A stretch of DNA of 64,000 nucleotides, taken from Lama guanicoe (Eukaryota). The translations under genes were made by a program, and so were the position numbers. Where the stretch lies: NCBI GenBank assembly GCA_013239625.1, contig MU053881.1, forward strand, positions 10,468,873-10,532,872. Direction: 5' to 3'. Of this stretch, positions 25,871 to 39,755 are shown in pieces (within the stretch, counting starts at the first letter, position 1; the number at the start of each line of letters is the position of its first letter). The notes under the pieces are model-generated. The model did no database searches and was not told where the DNA came from. It saw only the letters and a program-made list of their open reading frames with translations.

Positions 25871-26769
25871 CAGCAGGAAATGGCTCTTACTATTTTTAAG
25901 ACCTACACAGGTAGCGTGGTATCCCATTCTTCGTAAGAACAGATATTTATGAAAGAAACAAACAGATCAACAAATGGAAGAATGAGAACTACACAATTTA
26001 TTACAGAATGCCTTCTAGAAACAACTTAGAACACTGAAAATGTCTTGCTAGGAAAACCTGCGACTGAAAATAATAAGAGAGGATGTGTTGTTCATTTTGG
26101 AAATCCTACTTTAAAAAAAAAATACTGCAATATCTTCTTTTTTATTTTTTACCATTAGTTTCAGTGTTTTGGTGGGCATGGGTCCATCTCAGAAGCACGC
26201 TGGGACCAGATGGAAGGACCCTAACCATGGACCTAACACACTAATTTAATTTTAAAAAACACATTAGGATGATCTATGTTCTGCTTTTGGGCAACATTTC
26301 AAACGGGAGACTTCTAAACCTGAAGCCATTCACTGAAGGGGCAAATAAGAATGAAAAATTGATAACTAGCTGTGCTTTAGCCAGTTGGAGTAACAAGAAG
26401 AAAGAAAGAAATTTCATAAGTACTGGATAAGTGAATTTGGATCCTATGTTGACAATTTAGATAGTTGACATTATCATTATTTATCATTCCCTGTTGAATT
26501 TCCACAGGAGGTGATACTGTTCAGTTGACGGAACCAATTTATCTATTCATTTCACCTCAATTTTTCATAAATCCCATCTCCCTAAGGAGACATACGAAAG
26601 CCAATGGGATGACGAAGTCTAGATGATGTGGTTGTATTTGATATTATACTACTGAGTTGTAAGGGAACTTAGAGGGCCATTTTGTTTTTCTGTTCCCTTC
26701 CCACAGAAAGAGTTTCTTTTGCAAAGTCCTTGGCAGGCCCTTGCTAAGCGGATAGTCAAATGACTGGCG

Positions 26770-27190
26770 CATTTTGTCATTTAGATTTCTTCTCAAATAT
26801 CACCTAAGGGCTTCCCTGATCAGGCCATCTAAATCAGAGCTCCTCTGGAACATTGTTCTCTTTGATTTTCTTTATCATGCTTATTACAGTACAATATACT
26901 GTTGATTAATTTTTGTTTGTTTTGGGGTAAGGTAATTAGGTTTATTTATTTATTTATTGGAGGTAATGGGTATTGAACCCAGGACCTCACGCACGCTAGG
27001 CAAGCACTCTGCCACTGAGCTACACCTCGATCCCCAATTACTTCCTTTGTTTATTGTCACTCTCCACCCAACAGAATGTAACGCCCAAAAAAGGATGAGG
27101 ACCTTGTTCGGATTGTTCACAGTTGTACGGAAGTTTTCTAGAACAGTTTCGGGCATGTGGCAAAAACTCTCCTGGATAAGTCCTCTATGT
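26770..27190 (+). mobile_element. L2 3' end, interrupted by a SINE
   Basis: 'tctcaaatatcacct..gcttccctga', 'agaatgtaa..gaggaccttgt..tgttcac..ctagaacagt'. Confidence 0.75.
26910..27035 (-). mobile_element. tRNA-derived SINE, camelid type (same family as 7304-7434)
   Basis: reverse complement reads 'ggggatcgaggtgtagctcagtggcagagtgcttgcctagcgtgcgtgaggtcctgggttcaatacc..aataaataaataaacctaattacc'. Confidence 0.92.
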
Positions 27191-27552
27191 TATTGAGTTA
27201 AACTAAGCATTATTTTAAACCCACAGTCACTATTTTCCAAGGCATCCATTCTATTGCTAGAGGGCTCTGTTTGAAAGCCTTTCTGGTTTTGGAGCTAGCC
27301 TCTGTTCCCCAATGACTCGTCCAGCTGGATCTAGTTCAGGTTTCTCTAACAAGGCTGCTCTATCTTAGGGTTGATCATTCTAATATTTGAAGACTCAGCC
27401 TGAGTGAATCAACTAGTGACTGAGCTAGAATCCTCTGTCCCTCCCTTCTGCTAGCCCCCAAGACGACTTTTGTTTTTATTTTAACAACAATAAAAAAAAA
27501 AAGGGTTAACGGTTGAAATAGTGGTTGAGACACAATTATTTCTTATGATGCC

Positions 27553-27705
27553 AGAGTGGTGATTCTCACCCTCCTTGAATCTATGGGCTCAAGTGGTGTG
27601 AATTCACTGAAGGTAAACATTTGCTCGTCAGAAAATTATACATGCAATTTCAGGAGATTCACAAATACCTCCAAGTCTATTTAAAGATCCTAAACAATAA
27701 ATAAG
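27553..27705. mobile_element. hAT-Charlie element, MER103C-like
   Basis: 'aaaattatacatgcaatttcaggagattcacaaatacc'. Confidence 0.45.
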
Positions 27706-30700
27706 ATGTTTCAAGATATGCTCTCAGTCCTCAAGGGGTCCTCTCTCTACACACAGGCACTCGCCTTCCAGTTGGCTCCTTTTCTCTCTGCTTCACAACT
27801 GCATTCTGTTACCCATATGGTAGTTGAGAACCAAAATGATGAGCATCTTTCTCCAGGAAGAAAGGAAAATGCTTTTTATGTCAAACTGCAATTTTCAACT
27901 GTGCATTATCGATAGAAAATCAAATCCACTGGTTTATGCTTCCAAATCATTTGGCAAAAAAAATTTTTTTTTGCACAGTTCAGAAACATCATTCTGCTAA
28001 CCATTGTGAGGCGTAGTTTTACTCACATGGCTTTAATTTCATGATATGAAATATAACAAAATTTCATTTACATCCTCTCCATACTGTGTCCCTGATCGTC
28101 TCCTTTTAATGAACTCCTTTGAGAGAAAACGCATTTGTTTTTGGTTTGCAGTGTTTTCCAAAGGCAAGATAGGCAGACCTTGATAGCTTACTAAGGGATA
28201 CAATTTTCTATAGGCAACACACATCAATACAATGATTTGTTTTAACTCGCAGTCATTATAGGCACTGCCTGTTGTATTTCTCTCTGTAGCAGAATTAAAT
28301 AGATGTTTTTATTCTGGCAGAAATCTCACTCCCCCCACTTTGGCTTTTGTCTCTCTTCTGAGAGGGATGAGACCTCCTCTGTCAACTCAGAAGCTCTTAC
28401 TGTCACTAGGCAGAAAGAAAGCACCTCTCCGTGTATGAGGACTCTCGTCTGCCAACAGATTTGGCTGTCAACCACCCCAAAGCACTGTCACTCAGTGTCA
28501 GAGCACTAACAACAAAGCAATTATCCACACACAAAAAGAAAGGGAATCAGAAGACCCAAGTTATGTAGATAAAACAGAGCCAGTGAAAAATATAACAAGT
28601 GCCTCTGAAAGCTAAAATGTGGGTCCCTCCTCCCTCTCCTTTCTCCCAATGGGCTGTCACATCATCTGTAAAACCTTCCCCATTTTTTTAAAATGTAAAG
28701 CTTGGCAAGTATTTCTGATTATTTTGTGAAACATCAGCAAATAATTTTTCAAGGAACATACTTTTTTTTTATTAATGTTTCTACCTTATATGTAGGAAAA
28801 AAAATACATCCAGGGTCAATTAAAATTCAGACAAATCTATGGCTCAATTGATAAAAGCCAAGAATAAGCAGCCCTCGAAAGAAAGACTGCTACAGAGGGA
28901 ATCACTTTAAGTAGGTGGAACAGAGTTGGAAGCAGCAAAGGAGCAACTGCATACTTGAGTTTAATGATGCTAGGCAAAGTGTATCAAATGCTGTAATACT
29001 AAATAAAAAAAAACATTTTAACCTATGGGCTACTAATGACCCTTGCAGGTACGAATCAGAAGGTTCAAACTCAAGTTTGCATCCAAATATAGTACAATTA
29101 TAGTGGCTGCTTAATGGACTGAGTTTTCTGTTGGGTTGCGGAGTTACTCGTTTTTAAAACAACTCCTCCATTCATTCAACAACTCTTTATATAGTACTGA
29201 CAGCATTCCAAAAACTGCACTCAAGTCTTGGGCTTCAGTGGGGAATGTAAGAACAATCTCAACTGTCCTAGGAAGGGTCTGCTGGTAAAGACAATGGAAA
29301 CACACGGATGAAAAGGTCACTCTGGACGAGGATTTCAGTACAGTTCAGCTGTCTTTCTGACTCTGTATTTTATTTGTCCTGTGTCTGTGGCCAAGTCATT
29401 TTCTTTCTCTGGAGCAAATTTCCACGTTTTGTAAAATAACTGATGTGGGCTAATATATTCATCTCTAATTTTATTTTGTTCTAAAAACATCTCCTATCAT
29501 TCTATCTGCTGATTTCCAAGGTCTCTTCCTATAACCCCCATTCATGTTTCTCACAGGAAGACAACATGATCCACCAAGAATACTTTAGGCACAGCACTGA
29601 AAATAGTTTGTAAGGTTTGCTTCCCTCTGAAATCCACAATTTTTACTCATGCACACTATGATCGTTGTCATTGTAATGAATATTATTACATTTTCCAGAT
29701 GTTGGAATTTGTACATGATGGGAATGTGTTCTAGAAAAAAATAATAAAATTGATGAAAATATCTAAATTATTCAGAAAATGTTAAAAATTATGGAAAGTT
29801 AGAGGGATGATAAATGACCATTTAACTAAATTTGTTCTTAATTGAAACCTTTGGAGAATTGTTAGTGTCCTATGTTACTATGAATCTGTCATTAATCCAA
29901 ATATATTTCTTTATTCTCTGAGTACTTCATAAATATTAAAAAAATCTTAGAGTAAAAAATTATACAACACCATGAATTTTAATTTTGGTTCTCTTAGAGG
30001 AAGTAAGTCCTATATAATTATGTAAACTGTTAATTACCATGAGAATATGAGGCTGTATGAAGGACAGGGTTAGTTGGTATTTTGATTTTATATGAATAAC
30101 AAAATTTAATCTTGTTATTCACAATAAGATTTATCTAAAAAGCAAAAAATGTTTATTAAGAATTTTAAACTATAGTAGAACACATTACATAATTTATGCT
30201 CAAGTAAGTTATCGTACTTGATATTGAAAAGTAGCATATAGAATATATTCATGAGTGAAACTACAAGAAGACATACAAACTCTTTTTATGCAAAAATGGT
30301 AATATACTGATTTTTTGATTAACTTACCTCTTTTTAAAATTTATATTTCTCTCACATTTTCTCTGCTTCCCAGGAGATTTGGTTTGGTAACTTTGCTTTG
30401 AAGTTAAACATGTATTCTGTCTTTCAGTATAAAAACAGTAAAATGGGACAAGGATATGAAAAGATGTGACTAAGAACAAAAATCATCGAAGAAAAGCTTT
30501 CACATCAGGAAACACTGTATACTCTTTGCTAGACTGATACAGAGTAGCCGAGTGTCAATATGATTTTTTTCTTCCCCAAAGTAACATCAAATATTTGGTA
30601 ACGAATTGTGAGTCCTAATTTCTAGCTGGGAATACTAACTTTAATCTAATTTTTTAAATAAGAAGCTGGGAGCCCGGGGAAGGATCATATTGAAGGTACC

Positions 30701-31319
30701 ACGTAGTATTAAATAACCTCAGGATTACTAGACTTTAAACACCTTCCCTTACCATTAGCAGGTGTATTTGACTCATCTTTGATCCTTTATCACTGAGGAC
30801 AGTGCTGATATGTGAGCTATGTATGTGTCACACTGAAATTAGTTAAATGGACACTGGAAATAAGGACACTTCAGCCTCAGCACAATTCCTACTATTTAAA
30901 GTAACTGATTGAATTGATCACGTCTATGGGTCTAGTTATTTGGTAGCAATAACATGTCAAATATTTAAACATCTCAGAGGAAGACTACGTCTTTCATAAT
31001 CTGGGTAATTCAGATTAAAAAGGAACACATACACACAGTACTCACTCCGTTTGAAATGGTTACTGATATTTCAACATTTGCATTTATGGACAGTTCTGGA
31101 GTAATACAGAAAAAAAAATTAGAATGAAAAGCTGTCTTTATTTTCCTCTCTTCCTAAAGTACAGAAATTTATTTTCAAATTACTAGCGGAGCCACTGCTC
31201 TATTTTACAAATTGGAAACCTGGTAGAATCACAGGCTGTCAAATATTTTGTATGTATTTTATGTACTGTTGCAGATACAATACAGTAATTCTATTTCAAG
31301 TTGAGTTTCAATAGCAACT

Positions 31320-31455
31320 CTATTAGGCTTTGTTATTCCCATTTTGCAGACGAGCAAACTGAGGCTAAGAAACTTGTTTTAATCATATAGCTAGTAGGTG
31401 CAGAGCAGGAATCTGATCTGATGCATTCAGTTCCAAATTCCATGCTCTTAACCAG
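31320..31455 (-). mobile_element. MIR
   Basis: 'ttattcccattttgcagacgagcaaactgaggct..catgctcttaacca'. Confidence 0.8.
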
Positions 31456-33574
31456 CAGACTAATGATTATCAATATTAATTATGCTTTATAGACATATCC
31501 ATGAAAAATACTGAAATAGATTAACTAGTAATCAACTACCAAAAAAAATGAGTTTATCTTAAAGAACACCTGCCAATTTGGTTATTACAGAACAGGTGCT
31601 TGGAAATAGAAATGGGTGGTGGTGTGGCCAAAGGTTATGTCGTTTCCTGGTGTCTAGACTGAGAACAACATAATTCTTTAAAATTCTAAGAGAAAAATGA
31701 GTGATTTTAGATAAAATGACCCTGCCAACTTAAATTCTGAAGCAATGAATATTGAGGATAAATATTTCTCTTTTCACATACTCATTTTGAATGACTGGCT
31801 TGACAAAATGCCAATTTCAGTTCACTTGGTAATTATTAACAGTTTTACTGACTGAACTTTGATTCATTTAATTCTGTTTCTAAATGAAATTCTACTCTTA
31901 TATGAAATGTTCCAGCAACATCTTCTAAAGGATTTATTAAACGTGTTAAATAAGTAAGTGCAGTTCGAAGCTATAGTTCTCTCAGAACCAATGAGACAAA
32001 AGAGGTCAATATTTAACAGTTAAATGAAGAACTTCTGCATTCCAGCATGTATTTACTAAAAGCAAAACTGAAAATGCAGAAGAAATCATGTGACTTTCTT
32101 ACACACACAAGATGACGTTATTTATGTGAACAAGGAAAAAAAAAGTCACCAAGCATAACTTGCTAGTGATGAACTGTTTGGGAACATTCTTCCTTGTAAG
32201 TAAGAGGGCAAAAATCCAAATTCAGAAGGATTTGAAATTTTAAAAAGAGAAAGAAAATTTTATGTGTGGTCTCTGATGTTGTATAAATGGAGAGAACAAG
32301 TTGGTATTTCTGGAGTCCTTGATAGAAGAGGATTGGTTTTTGAGGTAGAACCCAAATGGTTTTGTAATAGTTTCTTTCTGTCCTTGAGTAAAATGGGCCA
32401 GGCTGAGAGATGAGTTGACTAACAAGAAAGGGTGATCTTGACCTCTTTCCCTTGCTCTGAGTTGACCATAGCTATCCTATTAGAACTTCTATAGATCTGC
32501 TTTCATTCTATTTTATGGCTGTGTGTGTATGTGTTTTGTTTTGTTTTGTTTTGTTTTGTCTCATCTCCTGCACTTCCAAATCTAATGGCTGGAAATATAA
32601 AAGAAGTTCAGAAATTGTCATCACGTACAGTGCATATGAACGGCTTGCTTAGAATCTTTGCCAGTTTGGGTATCTCCCAACTTGGAAAACCTCCCAGATG
32701 GGTGCACTTAAAAAAGTTATGTCGTTCCCCAACTTGTTGTTGACAAATGTTTCTGTGGATGCTAATAGGCATAAATGTTATTTCTTATTTAGACTAAGTA
32801 CAGAAGTGGAACATTTACAACAGCACATTAGAGATTCTTATCAGCCAGGAGTGGAAAGTAGTCTGGGAGAACAGCAAAAACATTACAATTGTGTACAGCA
32901 GTTAATTCACGTGTGGCTATGCCAAAGTGTGCATTTCTGGAGGATTCTAGCCAGAGCTGAGCGGCAGGACTGTGGTTGTGTGAGGGGGATGGTATCCTCC
33001 AATATCTGTGTTTTTAAAAGATCTCTGTACTTCTAATTAAATTATAATGTTTTCCTATTATGAATGACACAGACTAGAATTTATCCTGGAAAAAAAAAAA
33101 GAACCTAGGTTTGCTAATCTGATATTTCCAACACGGCGCTGATAATATTCACAAAATTCATTCAGTGGCAGATGGTGGGAAAGGATAAGAAATGAGGACA
33201 GGTTCTCATCACCTGAGCCGAGGACAGGATTTTCTACAGACACACACAGTGGAGAGAGGATAGTCTCAGTTCATCACATGATCTTGAATCTGAGCAGGGA
33301 AATAATCCCATTTCTTACAATCAGGCCTTTGCCAATTTATCTTGCTTCCTTCAAATACTAGGAAAAGAGAAAGGAAAGGGGGAAAAAATGGAAAGACTCT
33401 GTGAACTCGAGCAGAGAGCCAAAGCACACTATTTCTAAACATGGTAATTCCTTTGGAAGTTCAAGGTTAGGAGAATATCAAATTGATCCAAAATAAGAAA
33501 CGTTTTAATATTTAATATGATTTCCTCCTGCCCCTGTGCCAGTCAGACATTTGGTCCCTAGCATGACATTAATG

Positions 33575-33690
33575 AGACTGTGAGCTCGTTGAAACAGACA
33601 CCATGTCTGGTTTATTTCTCTGTAACCCACGGGATTTATCCCAGTGACTAGTACTTAGAAGGGGCTCAAAACGTATTTGAAGAGAGAAAT
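33575..33690 (+). mobile_element. L2 3' end
   Basis: 'gactgtgagctcgttga..ccatgtctggtttatt..gctcaaaacgtatttg'. Confidence 0.65.
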
Positions 33691-36600
33691 CCAAAATAAT
33701 TAGCCCTGTGTTTATCTTAAACAAAGCTTTGCTCCCATTCAAAAAAATGAGTCACTTGCTGCCACCCAGCTCTGGAAGACCCTAGATTGTCAATGAATAA
33801 AAATATACACAAACCACTGTTACACTTGCAAAATTAAACACTGAGCTGGGTAGTTGCCAAGACCCTTTCCAATATTAACATTTTCTTGTCTCTGGACATA
33901 TCTCCACAATGTCTTCTTTTTCATGACTAGAAAGAAAAAATTCAGTGTACTAGTTTTGATATTGTTTTCCTATTTTCAGGGTTGGATTTTTTTGTTTTTG
34001 TTTTTGTTTTTATGGGGGTTTTTTTGCTTTGTTTTTTGAGGGAGAGGTGCTGGCAATTAAAAAAAAAAAACCTATCGCTTTGCTTCAGGTTAAATCACTT
34101 AACCTGCTGTGAAGCAATTAGAATCCATTTCACTACTGAGCACAGCTAGGTGCTTAATAAAAGGGTCGCAGGGAAGCACACACCGAGGTGGCCACTCAGC
34201 TCTGCCAATGGCAGGAACCCTTCGCCAGCTGTGCAGAGGCTCCGTACACTGATGCCGGACAAGCAGACCTGTCCCCCCTACTTACACCCCCCACTCTGGA
34301 AAGGCTACAGCGTTGTGGAATTTACAGCCGGTAAAAGTGAGGGCAGCGATCGCATGCATTTTTTTTTAATGCTGTTTTATTATATTTTATTTTACATGAT
34401 TGAGAATGTTGCCCAAGTTTTTTACATACATGATAAATCTCTCACTTTTCTTATTTACTGACAAATGATGAAAGTCAAAAACAATTCATCACCTGCTGGG
34501 GCCACTCGTATATAAAACCAAGCCTGCTGTTACCCACCCGTGCTTTAAATCAAAACTACACAGCTACATCCCACCCCTCCATACACACATCCACACACTC
34601 AGAGGGAAGAAAAGGCAAACCTAATAAACGTCTTCTCGGAAACAGAGGTAGACCCGTGGTCAGCCAAAGCAAAATGCTGTCTCTCATATTTACCTGTAGT
34701 GTCCTTAAAGAAGTGTCACGGGGCCCAGTCCAGACTCCTGACGGTGTCACCCAAGTCTAAGCCTATCTAATTTACCATTTAATGAGTCACTAACCTTTAC
34801 TAAGATTACTCAAAACACACATCCCCACCTAATTCTCTAAAATGCAGCATAAACGATATTGTTTTTCTTTTTCTAATGAAAACAAAGACGCTACATATTC
34901 ATTCAAGGATAGGAAAGGAATGCAACAGTTACTTTGGCTTTTACAATCTGAATCTGTTATATAGGAAAAATCACATCAATGGTGGGGATTCACATATGCG
35001 TAATTTTTTTTTAAAAAATTATATGTCAAGTAGAAAAATATTCACAGATCCTTAGGTAGTTAAGAAACATCTATTTTAATTTTACCCTCTGAAATACAAA
35101 GTTCTGAAGCTGAACATGGCCATAATCCTCAAGTTTTCCTGGAATTTCTGCTTATGTCAGGCGCATTCTATGCTATCTTAATTTTATAAAGGAAAAGCAA
35201 TTCATATTTCCTAGGCATACTTTGACCATGACAATAGTTGGCTGAGTATTATTTTGAGTCCCTGTGGTTACTGCCCATTAGTTCCAGTGGAGAAAGATAA
35301 TGACTCCCTGGTATAGCAATTTATCATACTACTGTGAGGTCTGAATTCTACATTCAGACACGACACGTGAAACCAATCCACAAAGGAGACAAAGGAAACC
35401 AGCGGAACTTGAAAACCAATCAAGGACCTTGCATCTGTGATTACTGTGGTCCACTGCAAGAAGAAAATTGTGCTGCTTTAATTGTTTTGTTTGAGAATCC
35501 ATCTCTTCATGTGTATCAAGAGGGAGTTGATTTGCCTTATTTCGGTCACTACAGATTTTTCTCCCTTTCCTAAGTCAGGATGTGGAATAAAATAGAAAAT
35601 GTGCAGTAAAGGTACTTGGAAGATGGCAGGGAAGGACAAGGTGAATATACTGTGTCTCTATTCTCTTTTTGATTCAACGAGCTGGAGACATGTGTATACT
35701 TACTAACAGAAAAGTAGCACAGAAAGGCTTTCATTCTTTTTTTTTTTTTCTGACAAATTAATAGGATTTTTCCTGAAGAATCCACACTTTAAATACTCTG
35801 CAACTAGTGGAATGGACTTTTTTAAGGTGACCAGCTGGGGTCTGGTACACCCAGGGGCCATAATTAAACTTTTTTTTTTCTTTTTTCAGAGATCAAAACG
35901 ATGAGTTTGGGCTCATCAGAACTCTGGATAAAGGGAAACCATAATTTCAAAGGTAGAGAGTTAGACTGCTTACATCTTTAAAGATATGGTTGGGGCAGCA
36001 GCTACTTCACCATTCCAATCTCTTTCCAAAGCCAGAAGTCAAAGAGATTTATCATCGCCAATGCTGGCGATTAGAAAGTGCAATTCGTCAATGCCATTTC
36101 GTGGCCAGTGAATGAATGGGTCAGGCCTATCTGGAAGCTGGCTTTTAATGTTAAAAGGAGAATTCACTTAGACAGATAATCTATTTCTCAAAAAAGGAAT
36201 TGACTTTAAAAAGTCTATTTGATTGTACCCTCATTCATTTGTTACTTGTATTTGGAAATGTCCTATCTAGCAAGTTTTCCAAGCCCCTAGTTCCTCTCTA
36301 CTGGTTCTCGACTTCTGAGAAAATCTGCCTGTTACAATCACAATTATCAACGGAAAATTTTTCAAATGAAAATAATATTCATGGCTAGGTTAGAAAAAGA
36401 ATATGCTTAAGTTGTGCAAGCCTTACTTATACACTTATTCAGTCTGCTATGGAAAGTCAAGTGGCTCTAAGAGATCAGAGTTAGCCAAAGAAGAAAATAT
36501 TCAGTTTTGTTACAATTCTACCAATAAATTTTGGGGTTTTATCAAAGTTAAAATTAAAATCACCTTTTCTGACACCTTAAAACACATAAAATAATTCATC

Positions 36601-37411
36601 TGATTCCTTTGTCAAAAGCATGTATGGAAAATATATTTCAGACTCAGCTCTCTTTTTTTTTAAAAAAAAACACACTATTACTGATTATGTGGATTCTGAA
36701 AATTATTACAGATCAGATCAAGTCCTCTCATTTTATTACGTAAGTGAGTGTGCTCTGTAGTGTTTCCTAAGTGGATTCTCTTTCCTGCCCCCACTCTCCA
36801 CGCCCCTCTTCCTGCCCAAACTGTTTAATTCACCATCCATTTTGATGAAGGACTTACTTCCACAGGAAGTGTAATAGGTTCACAGAGTAACTTACTGTCA
36901 TGCAAAATACCCTTTCCCTTATTGTGACGATATCTTCTTTCTTAAGATCTACTTCATGATCTAAGTGTTCTTTTAAAATTGATTTTTTTTAAATATGTGT
37001 AAACCAGTGCTACATAAAGAACTGTCTTTGGGTAGATGTTAGTCTGCAGAGAGTTACTGGTCCACAATGTGATAAGACTGCGTTAGGATGTAAATTAAAT
37101 ACGTCACTAGCCACGCTATTGTGCTCAACCCACCATTTTTTCATAAAAGAACTTTCTCAGTGAAGGAAGAAGGGTGTGGATAAACCCTCTGGTGCACACC
37201 CCATGTCTTATGGGCCATCACTAAGTAGTTCAAGGACCAGCACGTGGAGTGGCAGACACTGCCTTTGTCTAAGAGGTCTTATGCCTAATCTGGTTCAAAG
37301 ATCTGTGGACTTAATAAATCTATAGCTCTAAGACTATCACAATGGGCTCCACTCTTACCCTCCACCCCTCTTTTCTACCATGGAGCCATTCCAAGGTCAT
37401 GGGGCACTGGG

Positions 37412-37730
37412 TCATTCATTCACTCATTCTTTCCTGCATTCATCCTATGTTTAATGAGTGTTGATTCTTGCTCTCCGGGAGTTTATGCTCTTCTGAGAGA
37501 CAATGCCAAATCATAAATTAAACAAATACAGAAACTGAGTATATTAAGAAAATCTTAACTGCTTTAAAGAAAATGAAACAGGATGATGTGATTAAACCTG
37601 GGAGGACAGCGTGGGCATACGTGTGCTTATACAGCATGAGCATTTGAGCTGAGAAGTGAATGATGAAGAGAGATGATCCAGAGGAAATGTAGAGAAAGAG
37701 CTGTTTTTAGCAGGGAAAACAAAATCCAGC
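37412..37730 (-). mobile_element. L2 3' region
   Basis: 'tcattcattcactcattc', 'ggagtttat', 'catttgagctgaga'. Confidence 0.65.
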
Positions 37731-39755
37731 TAGTGTTTTCTCACCCTAAGTTGGGATGAGCTTGACGTGTTGGGTGAATAGAAGAGGGCTTGGCAGAACT
37801 AGAGAAGCAAGGTGCCCAGGGCCCTCCCACTGGAATTGAACTGGAATCAATTCCAGTTCTAACTGATGGAATTATTAGATTGACAAGCCACTGGCATGAC
37901 TGGAGTGAGAGCATTAAGAGTTGGAATGAAAGATGTCTGACTTGTCTGAGAGCGTAAGTTAAAGTGAAAGCCACCGAGGAGTTCACAGGGGCATGCAGTT
38001 CTAGTGTGTCCAGATCTTCTGGTCTGTTCATAAGAAACTAGAATTTGGGATTTGGAGATGAATTCCTATGATTGTTTTAGATGTCTGCAAGTTACTGACA
38101 ACGATGCAGATCAAACAAAACACAACTTCAGGCCTCCGTTAGCCCACTGGCTGCTGGTTTCCAAACTTTGTTTTCATCACGAGGCTTAGCTGATATTTCA
38201 GACATAAGCCAGCAGACCATCTTGTTGTCTGGTGACTTTTATGAATGACCGGGGAGCCTGGCCTATTTCTTTTCTTGCACAATGGCAGTTCAAGCTTGGG
38301 AACGATGTTTGGCAAAAGTTCCACATCTAATAACGTGCCCTATCACTGAGGTTATAAAAAGCTCTGGGAATTCCAAGTCCTTCCTAACACGTTAGTAAGT
38401 TTTGATATAAAACCCAATACCAGTTAGTCAACTAAATGCTACTTTCCTAGACAAAGGCAGAGATTCATGCCAGTAGGGTATATTTTAATGCTTAATACTC
38501 TTTTATTTGTAATACCTAATATTAGTCTAATGAACGCCAGTCTACAACCGGGTGATAACCATTTATCTAACAAAAGCATGGCAGTTGACAGCAGCAGATT
38601 GCTTCCTGTACTATCTAACTCGACAAAATCAAAATCATCTCAGTGTAAAAGGGGAAAAAAAAAAGAAATGGAAAGAAAGGCGGCAGTTGAATCACTCTCA
38701 TTTCCATTTTCCATCAATAACTAGTGGCTGATGTCTATTACACATTAACCCTCAGAGAGAGACTTGCCACATGTCATCGGAGGAGCGTTGCCGGGAGGCA
38801 GGGTTGCCTGCCCGGGATTAGATTCCTGTGGTTTCCCTGGGCGACAGTATGCTCTTGAGCTGCGCTGGGCTGCTGAATTCTCCTGAATGCTCTGAAATAT
38901 TATAGCCCACGACAGCAGTAAATAGTTCATGGGGCAACATCTGACACGGGAGTGTCAGTAATCTCAGGTATCCCACCGTTATCACTCACTAGTCAAGAGA
39001 CTGGGGATGCTTTGGGTCCCACATTCCCTTGTCTGGTCACCATGAAATAGCAAATATCGGGTTACATACAGTATGGTGTGTGTATACCTGTGTCTCTAAG
39101 CATGAGGTTTTCTTTTTCCTTTGCTAGTGGTTATTTTAATAGAAAAATTTCATGTCTGACCTGTCCCTGGCTGCTAGCCAAGAATTAAATACAGCAATTT
39201 GTTACAGTAATATTCCTCCAGAGTCCTTCAGCAAGAACACAAACTATTTATTTTAAGTTATGCTTAAAGGTGTATTTCATTTTTAAGTCTCATCTCTAGC
39301 ACACAACATATCCTAAGCAGTTTTCTTTCTCTACAGTAGCATCAACAATTTTCCCCAGTAGCTCCTCGACCTGCCTAGCTTATCTCCCTCGTTCATGTTT
39401 AATAGTTCAATAATCACACCTGATGTGGGGTTGCAATAGTTTTACCTGGAAAAAAAAAAGACTGTACACAGGGAAAGGTCTCTCTTCCCCCGGAAACCCC
39501 CATCAAGACTTATTACTACATTGCTATGTTAGGAAAACATATATAACATATTATAAATTCAAAACAATTTCATTTGTTCCTTAAACGCACATTAGCTTCA
39601 AAAAATTGCTCTTAATTTCTCACCAGATGTTTAAAATATTCTTTCAAGCAGCATTGCATTTTCTTTTCTTTTCCTGTTTCCTACGTTGTCATCTTCTTAT
39701 ACGTCAGGTGTATCGTACCATTGGCAGTATTTGCATTGCCACAGTCTTTTCAGTT

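Larger units (their letters stand above)
26652..27350 (-). mobile_element. L3/CR1 fragment split by an L2 insertion
   Basis: 'gagttgtaagggaacttagagggccat' before and 'cactattttccaaggcatccattctattg..gatctagttc' after the L2. Confidence 0.5.

Noticed and set aside
32698..33036. 112-aa ATG ORF with an internal acceptor-like AG at 32791-32792
   Set aside because: No recognisable homology and no good downstream donor; a tBLASTn or PhyloCSF hit would reopen it
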